Part shown: positions 46,568 to 57,188 of the stretch, piece by piece
Numbering within the stretch: the stretch's first letter is position 1
Layout of the letters: each line of letters starts with the position of its first letter
NCBI GenBank assembly: GCA_035544015.1
Contig: DATKIP010000076.1
Coordinates: forward strand, 64,299 to 128,298
DNA: 64,000 bases
Direction of reading: 5' to 3'
Source: Candidatus Saccharimonadia bacterium
GTDB taxonomy: Bacteria > Patescibacteriota > Saccharimonadia > UBA4664
Position numbers and translations under genes: made by a program
Notes under the pieces: generated by a model
Told to the model about the DNA's origin: nothing
The model's database searches: none
What the model saw: the letters and a program-made list of their open reading frames with translations, nothing else

Positions 46568-47407
46568 ATGAAGCTGTTTTTCTCTTGGCAATCCGACTCG
46601 CCCGGCAACCGCAATCTGCTTGAGCAGGCCCTCAAAGACGTGGGCAAGGACATACCGGACTTTGAGATTGATACTGCCACTCGTCTGGCGGTAGGTTCGC
46701 GCGACATTGGGGCTATGATCCTTGAGAAGATTGACGGTGCTGACTTTATGCTGGCCGACGTCACCATCCTCGACCCCGATGCCGTCCGCCCAACACCAAA
46801 CCCCAATGTCATCTACGAGGCGGGATACGCTATGAAGGCTCTCGGTGAAGGTAGAGTAATTTTTGTCGCTGACCGTCGCTCGACCACTACCGCCAACCTC
46901 CCTTTCGACATTCGTAACCGCCTGATGATCTTGGCTGACTTTTCAAAGCCCGAAGCAGCGCGTAAAGAAGTGGCGGCGGTCATTAAGACCGTCACCGCCA
47001 ACTACACCCCAGCCGACCCAAACGCCGGCGCACCAAAGATTACCCTGGTTAAAGATACTGAAGCTAGATGGGCCTCAAATTATTCGGATTATGGAGCTGC
47101 GTTTGAGGTGAAGTTTATTATTGATAATGACGGTGGCGGACTGACCTATGTCACTAACGCCCAACTCGTTGGCACCAACGGGGACGGCTCCCCGTTCGTC
47201 ACCGATAGCTTCCGTTTTGCTGACGACGAAATTGACCATCCATACGGAGTAATGGAGGGTGCTATGGAGCAAGTGACGCTTTTTCTTGGGGCGGATCGCA
47301 GCCACCATCGCCAAATGCCCGATCTGGATCGCGATACAGTAGAGCTAGTGGTAACATTCCGGGGCGGCAGAATCGTCCGGGTTCCAGTTCGCATTGTCCA
47401 AAGCTAG
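46568..47407 (+). CDS. TIR-like / nucleoside deoxyribosyltransferase-fold protein with beta-rich C-terminal domain
   Basis: FFSWQSD, IDGADFMLADVT, PNPNVIYEAGYA, LPFDIR. Confidence 0.75.
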   Translation: MKLFFSWQSDSPGNRNLLEQALKDVGKDIPDFEIDTATRLAVGSRDIGAMILEKIDGADFMLADVTILDPDAVRPTPNPNVIYEAGYAMKALGEGRVIFVADRRSTTTANLPFDIRNRLMILADFSKPEAARKEVAAVIKTVTANYTPADPNAGAPKITLVKDTEARWASNYSDYGAAFEVKFIIDNDGGGLTYVTNAQLVGTNGDGSPFVTDSFRFADDEIDHPYGVMEGAMEQVTLFLGADRSHHRQMPDLDRDTVELVVTFRGGRIVRVPVRIVQS

Positions 47408-47419
47408 TTAGGAGCGAAT

Positions 47420-47905
47420 ATGCCCACAGATCAGATCAAGATTCATGATTTCTCATACACGCTCTACCGATGGGCCTACGACTATCACAATTCCGTAAAC
47501 GACCTCCTCGATAAGCACCCCGGCCTGGCAATGTTTGCAGTAAAGTACAACAACGCCTGCCTCGCCTTTGAGTTAATCATTAAGAGCCATATTGCACACA
47601 AGAACCACGCATCAACACCGGAGGCGCTCGATAAAGTTATGAGAGGCTATGGCCATAGCCTTGTCAGGCTTGCTCGATATGCCGTGGAAGAGATTGGGCT
47701 GTATCTGCCCGATGAGGACTGGAAAAAACTAGAACTAGTTGATAAATACTATGCAACCCACCAATTTCGCTATCCCCCGTATGAACCACGCAAATCAGAT
47801 CTCAACCATATAGAGCTATTGGCTGCAATCAATGAACTTAGGTTTATCACGGCAACGATGCTGGTAGTAGCCCACGAACAAACTGATGGATACGCCATAT
47901 CTTAG
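47420..47905 (+). CDS. HEPN-domain protein
   Basis: LAFELIIKS, GHSL..L, FRYP pattern. Confidence 0.6.
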   Translation: MPTDQIKIHDFSYTLYRWAYDYHNSVNDLLDKHPGLAMFAVKYNNACLAFELIIKSHIAHKNHASTPEALDKVMRGYGHSLVRLARYAVEEIGLYLPDEDWKKLELVDKYYATHQFRYPPYEPRKSDLNHIELLAAINELRFITATMLVVAHEQTDGYAIS

Positions 47906-47940
47906 AAGCCACGGAAGTAAAAAGGACTTAGAATAGGGTC

Positions 47941-48597
47941 ATGCAGACCAATACTCTCGACGCCTTCCTCGATAGGTATATCAGTGGCTACCTACTGGAC
48001 GATATCGAGTCTATACAGTCCAAGATCCCCGTTAGTGACGAGGGGAATGGAGCTTACTTAGTGACTGGCGCAATATGCTCAGGTATTGAGCTACTTGGTA
48101 CTCTCCTACAGGAGCATAAAGAATCGGGCGCGTTCCCCTTCGACCATTATTGTGCTCACTATCTATCCGAGGTTGATGAACGATATAAAGCCTTAGGTGT
48201 TTTTGGGCGTCAGCTCATTCGTAATGGCATTGCTCATACATTCTCGACAAAGGGCCTAATCGCCGTCACGCGCCAGGGAAGCCGAGAAAATACTCACCTT
48301 GTACGGTACTCCAAGTCTGAACTTTTGGTCATTAACGCCAACTACCTGCATGAAGACTTCCAAGCCGCGTACACTGAACATGCCCTGCCGAAGCTGGTAA
48401 TGGGAGGGGAGCTGCGTGACCGTGCGGAAGAGAACTACGAGCGCCTGAAGAACAAATACGCTGGCGAAATCGAGGAAGCCAGAAACCAGGCCAAAAATAA
48501 GCTCAAGTCCTGGCCCTGGCGTCATGCCGAACTTGAGCCTTGGGATGGGATGACTGAGATGATCGAATATAATGGCGAAGGATTCGGCGTTAGCTAA
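47941..48597 (+). CDS. Hypothetical protein with HEPN Rx4H motif
   Basis: CSGIELLG and IRNGIAH. Confidence 0.55.
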   Translation: MQTNTLDAFLDRYISGYLLDDIESIQSKIPVSDEGNGAYLVTGAICSGIELLGTLLQEHKESGAFPFDHYCAHYLSEVDERYKALGVFGRQLIRNGIAHTFSTKGLIAVTRQGSRENTHLVRYSKSELLVINANYLHEDFQAAYTEHALPKLVMGGELRDRAEENYERLKNKYAGEIEEARNQAKNKLKSWPWRHAELEPWDGMTEMIEYNGEGFGVS

Positions 48598-48636
48598 TTC
48601 GCCTCTGACTCAATTCAAATAGCAAAGGTCTGGCCT

Positions 48637-49872
48637 ATGGAATCACTATTCGGCAAGAAAATGGAAGACTTAGAATTTCAGGATGTCGTGGATTTTTGCG
48701 ACAAGCAGTATAAGGAGGGGATATTTCTTGATTACAAGCAAGACCTAAGCGGTAAAAAGTCGCTTGTTAAGACGATATGCTCATTCGCAAATACCGTAGG
48801 CGGGTGGCTAATCATCGGAGTGGAGGACGAGAGCGACAAGCCTAAGCCTCCATATAATGGTATTGAATATAATCCTCAGATTGCCTCTGCCATTCCCAAT
48901 ATGATTGTTGATAGTGTTTGGCCTTACATACGACCGATAGTCCAAGTTTGCGGCCCCAATGCCGACAATAAAGCTTTCATTGCGGTTTATGTTCCAGAGA
49001 GTGACGAGGCTCCCCACTGGACAGCCGATAAGTCCCATCTATACGTTAGGAGGAGCGACCGAAGCGACTCGACTGATTGGGAGCGCTATGCCACTGCTCA
49101 CGAGTGGGAGTGGCTGAGGAATAAGCGATTAAAGGCCGAGGATCAGAGAGAGCGGAGCGGCAGCACTCTGCAGGCTATTTATGCTCGTCTGCACAACAGG
49201 GAATATCCAATAGTGGCCGGCGGCGGAACTACGGCCAACGACGGGCGAATGCGAGTGTTTGTCTCACCATTTTTCCCTAGCACTCAGCTTTTCTCAGGCG
49301 CAGAAGCGTATAACGCCCTATACGATCAACGCGTAAATACAGCAAGTGATGGCGCATTCCCTACTTATCTTCCAAGCAGGATGATATTTGATGAAGGTGC
49401 ATATACGCATGGCGTAGAACGGCTAACCTCAACAACTCATGAGTCGTTTCTCGGCCTAGAGAACTTTGGTGGCATCTTGGCGAATAAGGATATTTTACGG
49501 AGCGGCGGGCACGGCGAAAGACACATCATCTTTCATGAGTTCATGAACCGGCTTGAAGACACCCTAGAATTCGCTGCAAATGTATATAAGAGCAAGAATT
49601 ATCTCGGACTTGCCTGCCTTGAAGTGGGGATTAGTGTTCCGGTAGATTCGCGAATAGTGTTCAGAGGGGCAATTGGCTCAGGTTTAAATAGCACTGAGAA
49701 AGTTAATGTACGAGGGTCATTTGAAGCGTCGCTGAGACTGGATAACGAAGAGCTTTCCAGTAAGCCCAAACGATATGAGTTGATGAAAGAGATCGCCACA
49801 TCGTTACTGCATTCCTATGGCTACGCCGAGATACCTGGCGGTACGATCGAAGAAGCGTTCCAGAGACAGTAG
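48637..49872 (+). CDS. Schlafen/AlbA_2 domain protein
   Basis: EGIFLDYK, ICSFANTVGGWLIIGVED, VPESDEAPH, YVRR. Confidence 0.88.
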   Translation: MESLFGKKMEDLEFQDVVDFCDKQYKEGIFLDYKQDLSGKKSLVKTICSFANTVGGWLIIGVEDESDKPKPPYNGIEYNPQIASAIPNMIVDSVWPYIRPIVQVCGPNADNKAFIAVYVPESDEAPHWTADKSHLYVRRSDRSDSTDWERYATAHEWEWLRNKRLKAEDQRERSGSTLQAIYARLHNREYPIVAGGGTTANDGRMRVFVSPFFPSTQLFSGAEAYNALYDQRVNTASDGAFPTYLPSRMIFDEGAYTHGVERLTSTTHESFLGLENFGGILANKDILRSGGHGERHIIFHEFMNRLEDTLEFAANVYKSKNYLGLACLEVGISVPVDSRIVFRGAIGSGLNSTEKVNVRGSFEASLRLDNEELSSKPKRYELMKEIATSLLHSYGYAEIPGGTIEEAFQRQ

Positions 49873-49930
49873 CTCGCGAGCGCTCAGAGTGCACTATTGG
49901 CTCCGTTCATAACACGACAGGTAAAATGTA

Positions 49931-50581
49931 ATGCCAACAATCTACGACATATTGCCCTCTCTTGAAGATAGAATCCTGAGCCTGCTCCATGACTTCATGG
50001 CGGAGGATGGAGGGGCATTTCATACTTGGGAAGTAGCGGTGCTATTGCCCGGATCAAACGGGTTCGTACATTTCATGGCTGGCGTTAATTTATCACTCAA
50101 GAATGGCAATTATGTTTCCTCGATGGCAAATCTACGTGGCATGATCGAAGTACTAGGCGCTGTTGTTTATGACGGAACTGCCAGTCTGCCCAAGGAGGGG
50201 TACGACCGATTCCTTAAAACTGGGCGCTTGCCCAAATGGGATGAGGAAGCACAAAAGTGGATTGATTTGGGGCCACGCGAATCGGTGAAGTATGCACAAA
50301 TGGTTGTCGATGCAAAGACTAATCTCAAGAAAATTTACGATGACTGCTGTGACTTGCTGCACTTCTCATCGATCCATATGAGCTTTATGGGCGGCTTTGA
50401 GCAGCAGGGAAGCTTAGTGGAGAGGCTTGCCAAAATAAAAATCGGCTCTAAAGATCAGATTCCTATCAAGCTGCAACGCGACATGATCGATTTATGCGCT
50501 GAACTCGCAACTGGGCTAGGGAAGTGCATTACGCTAGGCATTGAGGAAAAGAAGAAGCGGAATACGCCTAAGCCCTCATGA
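49931..50581 (+). CDS. Helical hypothetical protein, HEPN-like (DUF5677-type)
   Basis: NLRGMIE ... IYDDCCDLLH pattern. Confidence 0.5.
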   Translation: MPTIYDILPSLEDRILSLLHDFMAEDGGAFHTWEVAVLLPGSNGFVHFMAGVNLSLKNGNYVSSMANLRGMIEVLGAVVYDGTASLPKEGYDRFLKTGRLPKWDEEAQKWIDLGPRESVKYAQMVVDAKTNLKKIYDDCCDLLHFSSIHMSFMGGFEQQGSLVERLAKIKIGSKDQIPIKLQRDMIDLCAELATGLGKCITLGIEEKKKRNTPKPS

Positions 50582-50666
50582 TACGCTTTTTGGACGGCCC
50601 GTTAGTCCAATAACGGCAGAAGCAACTACATCTTTAATATCAATATTCAGCGAAGATTGAGGCAAT

Positions 50667-51665
50667 GTGGAAAACCGCCTTGGAATTAAATCTTTCATAA
50701 CATGGCACCCTCCCAAGGTAGGGGTGACAGTTGGTAATATCAAAGTGTCTGAGGGGAATGGGGTTGTAATAACTACCAAATCAACCAACTCAAGTGGTCA
50801 GTCGTTTCGGTCTACGGTAAGTCTTGAATACGAACATTTAGCCCAAGGAGAGTTATCTTTATGGGTGCTCTTTCATGGCTTTGTTATGGGTGATCCTTGG
50901 ACGTTGTCATCGTATATGGGCACTGTACACGGTGTTGTTGAGCCAATGGACAAGCCTTTCGAAGATGAAAAGGATTATGGCGATTTTCTGAATACTGCTT
51001 ATCGAACAGAGGGTATTACGCAGAAGAGGAGCTACCAAGAGCTGTATGAAAGGTTCAAGGGACTAAGTGAGCGGCAGAGTGGCATGGTAAAAAACCTAAT
51101 GCTAGATTTGAAACCTGGGTCTCAATGGTCGCACCTTGAGATGGCGGATTATTCATATTGGAGAATGGTGATTGATTTCTCGATAATCGAAGCCATAATG
51201 GGGCGGCAGCCTTTTTGTGAAGAAACGCATGAATGTTCAAAATGTTCTAAGAAGAGCATTATGCACAATCCAATTGAGGCGAAAAAATGGGCGCGAGATA
51301 GGCTACTAGAAATTGTTGGCGATGCCGAGAAGGCCGACCAGTACATGAAAGTCATTTGGACTGTTAGGCAGAGTATACGACATAAAACCGCACACGAAAG
51401 TGATTATCCGCATCAAAGACCTTCAAGCCAGCTTCACCACGGCGATAACGAGTTTGATATTGATACGGTCGTCAACAGCTTCAAGAGTGATGCCCATGCG
51501 CTGACCGCCCTAGAAAGAAATATGCATGAGGTAACGCGGATATTGTTGCTAGATAATATTCTGCAAACGAAAGTTTTCCCTGACATACGTCCCTATATGG
51601 TTCGCTCAGGCGGGATGAGCTGGGACGAGTTCATGAAGATAGTGGAAGGAAAAGGCCAGATCTAA
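50667..51665 (+). CDS. Hypothetical protein with C-terminal HEPN Rx4H motif and CxxC insert (ApeA-like layout)
   Basis: Beta-rich N-terminus, SIIEAI, CSKC, IRHKTAH. Confidence 0.5.
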   Translation: MENRLGIKSFITWHPPKVGVTVGNIKVSEGNGVVITTKSTNSSGQSFRSTVSLEYEHLAQGELSLWVLFHGFVMGDPWTLSSYMGTVHGVVEPMDKPFEDEKDYGDFLNTAYRTEGITQKRSYQELYERFKGLSERQSGMVKNLMLDLKPGSQWSHLEMADYSYWRMVIDFSIIEAIMGRQPFCEETHECSKCSKKSIMHNPIEAKKWARDRLLEIVGDAEKADQYMKVIWTVRQSIRHKTAHESDYPHQRPSSQLHHGDNEFDIDTVVNSFKSDAHALTALERNMHEVTRILLLDNILQTKVFPDIRPYMVRSGGMSWDEFMKIVEGKGQI

Positions 51666-51760
51666 CTGGTATTCATGCCAATTCCGGCAGGACATTCTGC
51701 CCAGTAATTGCATGACAGCTGTTCAGACCCCCATCCACGCGCTCCTGCCAATCAAGAGGG

Positions 51761-53176
51761 TTACATAAACTCAATTCCAGCCCCATCACGATCTGAGCTT
51801 AATGGCCTGAACAAAGCCCTCATAATAACCCGCTTCTCATCCGGCGTGCTCCGTACATAGAGCCGCACAATGGGGTTCACAGAATCACACGCAGGCACCG
51901 CCACCGACTCACCTCCACCTTGACTCCCTTGCACCTCACCCAGCCGCTCCTGCACGCTCGTCATCCGCTCCGTCAGCTCAGCATGCTTCATTGCATATTT
52001 CTCAACCGACACCTCACCCGCCAGCTTGTCCTCATATAGCATCTCATCCATTCGCTTGAGCCGCGTTAGTTGCCGCTGCAATGTATCAATAACGCCCACC
52101 CAATCAAGCGACTTCGGTCGCCCCGCCTCTAGTGCTTTTTCGAGCCATGCAAGAATCTTGCCATCGGAATCGTCCAGCCCCTCCAGCATCCCAATCACCC
52201 TGCGCTCCAGCCGATCCTCTCGCAAGAACCGATTGCCCCGACACACACCCTTACGCTGCTGACACAGCCCATAGTACCGACCCTTTTGCAGTTGCCACGT
52301 AACCATCCCACCACAACCCGTGCATCGAATCATGCCCTTAAATACCGGATTATGCTTACGAGTCCTAGGCTTATGCTGGCCTAGCTTAAGCTGCACCGCC
52401 TCAAATACTTCCTTGGTGATAATCGGCTCCTGCGCACCCGGATAATCCGCACCATTAAACCGATTAATCCCGATGTAAAAAGGATTCCTCAAAGTCTTTA
52501 GAACAAAGCTTTTTGAAAACGGCCGCCCCTTACCCGTTACTAACCCCATTGCTGTCATCTCCCGCATGGCCGCCGCTCCCGAATAGTCAAAATCCTTCAC
52601 CAAGATGAATACCCGCTGCATCAGCGATGTCGTATCCAAATTCGGCACATGAATGCGTTTACCGTTCTCGGTTATCGTCTTATAGCCCGGCGGGGGAGGC
52701 GAGGGGAGCCAACCCTGTGCCAATTTCTCAGCCCAACCCTTCATGGCCTCCTCACGCAAACTATCGGTATATTTCTTTGCTAGCGCCAGATTGATATTCC
52801 ACATAAATTTAGCGTCAGACCGCGAGGCCTTATGCAAAACCTGGTTCTCTTTAACGACATGCAGCATCCGCAAGCCGTCGTCCTCCAGCCAGTCATTGAT
52901 GTACGCAGCATCTTTCAAATTGCGCGTAAAGCGGTCGGTTTTCTCGACCACAAAATGGTAAATCTTGTGCTTCGCCACATAAACCAACAACTCATGGAAC
53001 ACCGTCCGACGTTCCTGCTTCGACGCCGTCTCCGTCAGCTTAAACTCCTTAACAACCGTCAAGTCCTTGCCCGCGCAATACTCCCGCAAAAACTTGATCT
53101 GTGCGTCCAGTGAATAACCCTCGTCCTCCTGCGCCTTGCTCGAAACTCGCGCCAAAATAATCGTTCTTGCCTGCAT
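51761..53176 (-). CDS. Large serine recombinase (resolvase + recombinase + Zn ribbon + coiled coil)
   Basis: ARVSS (catalytic Ser), SLDAQ, DRFTRN, PPPGY, NPFYIG, CTGCG. Confidence 0.93.
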   Translation of the reverse strand: MQARTIILARVSSKAQEDEGYSLDAQIKFLREYCAGKDLTVVKEFKLTETASKQERRTVFHELLVYVAKHKIYHFVVEKTDRFTRNLKDAAYINDWLEDDGLRMLHVVKENQVLHKASRSDAKFMWNINLALAKKYTDSLREEAMKGWAEKLAQGWLPSPPPPGYKTITENGKRIHVPNLDTTSLMQRVFILVKDFDYSGAAAMREMTAMGLVTGKGRPFSKSFVLKTLRNPFYIGINRFNGADYPGAQEPIITKEVFEAVQLKLGQHKPRTRKHNPVFKGMIRCTGCGGMVTWQLQKGRYYGLCQQRKGVCRGNRFLREDRLERRVIGMLEGLDDSDGKILAWLEKALEAGRPKSLDWVGVIDTLQRQLTRLKRMDEMLYEDKLAGEVSVEKYAMKHAELTERMTSVQERLGEVQGSQGGGESVAVPACDSVNPIVRLYVRSTPDEKRVIMRALFRPLSSDRDGAGIEFM

Positions 53177-53332
53177 GTAATCTCTCCGTAGTTAGTGATG
53201 AGCACTATATATGAGAGTGGCAATAAGATTGCTTTCTGAAAGCTTATTCCATACCATGAGCTGTACACTCACAAAAAATGTGTTGTGGTTATGCTTTAAT
53301 GCCCAGCTAAACTTACCTACTGGAATAAACAC

Positions 53333-55903
53333 TTGGCCGCCCTCCTGTCACGCCTATTCGGCGACACCCCATACGACATTGCCATTAATAGCCTTCTTCT
53401 CCTCACCATGGGTTATTTCGCCTGGCGCTGGCTATTTGAGCCCGCGCTAGATGTCCTGGCGGGTCTATGGGCATACCAGAGATCACAAAGCCGGCCAGCT
53501 TCGTATCTGGAAATTACGCCACCCACACACAATGAAAAATCATCGCTGGCCACGCAACAACTTATCACCGTACTGCGGCAATACCTAGGCAAAAACGAGA
53601 GTGTCTCGTTGGAACTAGTCTCATCGCGCAAAGAGGGCATCCGCTATCTTATCCGAACCAGCCCAGACAACGTACCAATCTTGCAGCGCCATGTGGCGTC
53701 ATATCTACCAGAATCACGGTTCCGTATCCTAAATGACGCCCCGCCGCTATCTGATTCAAATGATACCACCTACCACTACGTGCATGAGATAAAACAAGCC
53801 CGCCATTACGCCTATCCGCTCCAGCCCCAAACTGATCTCAACCAAAGCGACCCCGTCGCTTTTATCGCGGGCTCTATGACAAACCTCCAACCAGGCGAAT
53901 CAATCGCCCTACAACTGATAATCACGCCCTACGATTCATACTGGATGCGCCGGCTCTACAACAAAATCCTGAATAAAGGCTATACCATTATCGATCACAA
54001 GCTCCGCCACTTCATCATGAAGCACTGGTGGGTTTGGTGCATCGCCCTCCTTATCGCTTATTACACGCATGACCTAGAGCTGGCGGGGTCGTGGGCCCTC
54101 GTGCTGCTTGTTGTCTCAATGTTCTTTATCAAACGCGAAGAGCCAGCCCTCACGGTGGGAGAACAACAACTATTCGATGGTATTCGAGAAAAACTTGGGC
54201 AGCCACTATTTAGGGTAAATCTCCGAATCTCGCTAACCGCCAATTCGGTCGCCAGGTTAAGTGAACTATCCGGAGGCATGGAAAGTTCACTTGCACCACT
54301 AAACGCCCCTTTCCAGCACCTCAGATCATCACAAGACTATTTCGGACGATTAGGACAAAGATTTGAGGGACACAAATTTCAACACCGACTCCCAGGACTA
54401 CTGGTGGTAAATACCAATATATTTGCCGCATCCGAGCTAGCCGATGTTTATCACTTCCCATACGGCACCATCACCACCGAAAACCTAGTCCGGTCACATA
54501 GCCGCACCCTACCCGCTCCGCTATCGCTGAAAAGTGATGCTAAATATGACATCGTCATCGGCCACAATCATCATCATGGCAGCACTACCGAGATTGGTCT
54601 CACCGCTGCCGATCGCCAGCGCCACGTCTACATCATCGGTGGTACCGGCAATGGTAAAACTACCCTGCTCACGCGCGCCATGATCGCCGATCTCCAAAAC
54701 GGCCAGAGCTTTGCCTTCATCGACCCGCACGGCGACGCCGCCGAAATGCTCCTACGGCACGTTCCAGAAGAGCGCCTAAGCGACGTCATTTATTTCAACC
54801 CCGACGACCTCGCGCGGCCCATCGGCCTTAATCTCCTCGAACTCCCCGAAGGCCTCGTCGGCGACGACCTCCTGCGCGAAAAAGACCTTGTCACCGAAGC
54901 CACCATCTCTGTCTTCCGCAAGATTTTCTCCGAAGAAGACGAGGGCGGTCACCGCATCGAATATGTACTCCGTAACGCCATTCAAACCGCCCTCACCCAG
55001 CCCGGCGCCACTCTCTTCACCGTCTTCGATCTCCTCAATGACCCGGCCTATCGCAAGCAGGTCGTGTCCAAGCTCCAAGACAAGGACCTCATCAATTTCT
55101 GGAAGCATGAGCTCGGCAAAGCCGGCGACTTCCAGCGCGTCAAAATGGCCGCCGGCATTACCGCCAAGATCGGCCGTTTCCTATTCTCGGCCTCGGCCAA
55201 GCGCATCATCGAGCAACCCAAATCAACCATAAATTTCGACGACGTTCTAAGCTCCGGCAAAATCCTCATCTGCAACTTTTCTAAAGGCCTGCTCGGCGAA
55301 GACACCTCGGAGCTCTTTGGCATCATGATCCTGGCCAAAATTCAGCTAGCCGCCCTCCGCCGCGCCCGGCTGCCCATCGATCAACGCTCGCCGTACCACC
55401 TCTATGTCGATGAGTTCCAAAACTTCGCCACCGCCTCATTCGTTCAAATGCTGTCGGAGGCCCGTAAATATCAGCTCTTTATGACCCTCGCCGAGCAGTC
55501 CACCTCCCAGCAAAAAGACCAGCGTATGGTCCAGATAATTCTCGCCAACGTCGGCACCGTCATCTGTTTCCGTACCGGTAACCCCGCCGACGAAAAGCTT
55601 TTGCTCCCATTCTTTAGTCCGTACATCGAGCCGGGCGAAATCACCAATCTACCAGCCTACAACTTCTACATGCGCATCGCCGGGGCCACCACCCAAGAGC
55701 CCTTCTCTGGCCAAACCATCCCGCCAACCGAAGAGGGGAGTGATGATATCGCCCGCCGCCTCATCGAGCATTCCCGTCAAACCTATGGCAAGACGCACGC
55801 TCCGGCCCAAGCCCCCAAAACCAGCAGCGAGACTAACAACCCTCAAATCAAAAGCGCCACCCCGCTTCGCCGGCCAGTCAAGAAACACAAGATCACCCAA
55901 TGA
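53333..55903 (+). CDS. Membrane-anchored TraD/VirD4/VirB4-like P-loop ATPase (coupling protein)
   Basis: TM segments, RHVYIIGGTGNGKT, IDPHGD, LYVDEFQNF, EARKY. Confidence 0.88.
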   Translation: MAALLSRLFGDTPYDIAINSLLLLTMGYFAWRWLFEPALDVLAGLWAYQRSQSRPASYLEITPPTHNEKSSLATQQLITVLRQYLGKNESVSLELVSSRKEGIRYLIRTSPDNVPILQRHVASYLPESRFRILNDAPPLSDSNDTTYHYVHEIKQARHYAYPLQPQTDLNQSDPVAFIAGSMTNLQPGESIALQLIITPYDSYWMRRLYNKILNKGYTIIDHKLRHFIMKHWWVWCIALLIAYYTHDLELAGSWALVLLVVSMFFIKREEPALTVGEQQLFDGIREKLGQPLFRVNLRISLTANSVARLSELSGGMESSLAPLNAPFQHLRSSQDYFGRLGQRFEGHKFQHRLPGLLVVNTNIFAASELADVYHFPYGTITTENLVRSHSRTLPAPLSLKSDAKYDIVIGHNHHHGSTTEIGLTAADRQRHVYIIGGTGNGKTTLLTRAMIADLQNGQSFAFIDPHGDAAEMLLRHVPEERLSDVIYFNPDDLARPIGLNLLELPEGLVGDDLLREKDLVTEATISVFRKIFSEEDEGGHRIEYVLRNAIQTALTQPGATLFTVFDLLNDPAYRKQVVSKLQDKDLINFWKHELGKAGDFQRVKMAAGITAKIGRFLFSASAKRIIEQPKSTINFDDVLSSGKILICNFSKGLLGEDTSELFGIMILAKIQLAALRRARLPIDQRSPYHLYVDEFQNFATASFVQMLSEARKYQLFMTLAEQSTSQQKDQRMVQIILANVGTVICFRTGNPADEKLLLPFFSPYIEPGEITNLPAYNFYMRIAGATTQEPFSGQTIPPTEEGSDDIARRLIEHSRQTYGKTHAPAQAPKTSSETNNPQIKSATPLRRPVKKHKITQ

Positions 55904-55977
55904 ATAAATCGTATTATTCATCCAAAGTTACATTTCCAGATACAAGCAGGTAAATTTTGTCTCTCCCCTATATACAT

Positions 55978-56829
55978 ATGTATATGGAGACGCCCATCAT
56001 GATTAAAACTCCAACTACCAAACAACAACTCGCTATCCTCACCCTCATCTACCGCTTTCGATTTGTCAGCACAAAGCACATCCAGCAAGCCTTAGGGATT
56101 AAGTATCTTAGCAGTGTCCAGCCAAGACTCAATAGGCTCGTAGAACTTGGCCTTATCGGCCGAAACTATAATGGTTCCCTAAGGCTTGCTGGGCTTCCAG
56201 CTTCGTACTATCTACAACCAAAAGGCATGCATGCGCTCAAGGCTATCGACTCCGACGTCAGCAAAGCCGCACTCCACAATGCATACAAAGACAAGACCGC
56301 TTCGGAGCAATTCATCCAGCACTGCTTGGCTATCGCCGATGTCAGTCACGAGCTCACTGAATGCTTTGGCGTCAGAGTTGAATTCTTCACCAAAAGTGAA
56401 TCCAAAGAGTACGATTACTTCCCGCAGCCGTTACCTGACGGCTACCTCACTATCGCCGGCGCATCAACCAAAGACGACGACTCCAATCAATATTTTTTAG
56501 AAGTCTGCGACAAACCAACGCCAATGTTTGCGCATAAGAAGCGTATCCAAGAACTGATCGACTATGCCGAAGGGGGAGAATGGGAGGCCGCCACCGGCAC
56601 TGAGATGCCAACAATATTGTTTGTATGTGAGTCGCCGGATATCCAGCGCAAACTAATGAAGCTCATAGAAATAGCGCTTGAGGATTCATACGAAGATGAG
56701 CTCAAGGTAGAAGCGATTCTGAAGAGCCAAATCTGCGCCATCCTCGACCCAAAGAAGAGCCCGGAAGCCACCAAAGCAGCTCCCGGGCCCCCTCTAGCTA
56801 ATCCTCGTCAGCCAATCTCACCGACATAA
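55978..56829 (+). CDS. Replication-relaxation family protein
   Basis: wHTH N-terminus IYRFRFVSTKHI, HCLAIAD, PDGY, YFLEV; start uncertain (55957-55999). Confidence 0.8.
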   Translation: MYMETPIMIKTPTTKQQLAILTLIYRFRFVSTKHIQQALGIKYLSSVQPRLNRLVELGLIGRNYNGSLRLAGLPASYYLQPKGMHALKAIDSDVSKAALHNAYKDKTASEQFIQHCLAIADVSHELTECFGVRVEFFTKSESKEYDYFPQPLPDGYLTIAGASTKDDDSNQYFLEVCDKPTPMFAHKKRIQELIDYAEGGEWEAATGTEMPTILFVCESPDIQRKLMKLIEIALEDSYEDELKVEAILKSQICAILDPKKSPEATKAAPGPPLANPRQPISPT

Positions 56830-57142
56830 CTCGTACGCAATCCGGCGATAAGGGATCTTCCCAATCACGCAGCCTCCAGTCGTAGTAGTCGATACTCCAG
56901 CGAACCTTATGAAACACCATATTACTTAGCCACATGACATGACCGAAATCATGCCGGTGAAACGGATCAAGACCTGCGATCCAGTTTTCGTACTCACGTA
57001 TCTCTTGAATCAACCCTGGCAGGTTGTATAGATGCCAGACATTCCGCGTACACATTATCAACCCCTTCTTGGACCTGCGAAACTCATCATTCGCCGCCGC
57101 GATCCTCTCGGACAATGCTTTTTCCACTAATAACTCTTCCAT
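56798..57142 (-). CDS. DUF3768-like protein
   Basis: IAAANDEFR, DPF.RHDFG, WSIDYYD, RVMSVRLADE; GAGGAGG RBS. Confidence 0.75.
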   Translation of the reverse strand: MEELLVEKALSERIAAANDEFRRSKKGLIMCTRNVWHLYNLPGLIQEIREYENWIAGLDPFHRHDFGHVMWLSNMVFHKVRWSIDYYDWRLRDWEDPLSPDCVRVMSVRLADED

Positions 57143-57188
57143 CTCAAACCTCCTCGTAAAGTTATCTTTGAACCTTCGAGCGTATCGA

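Noticed and set aside
45732-51665. Integron cassette array or CBASS/Thoeris/Pycsar call for the defence-like genes
   Set aside because: No repeated attC-like spacers, no integron integrase, and no cyclase/CD-NTase or ThsA partner visible
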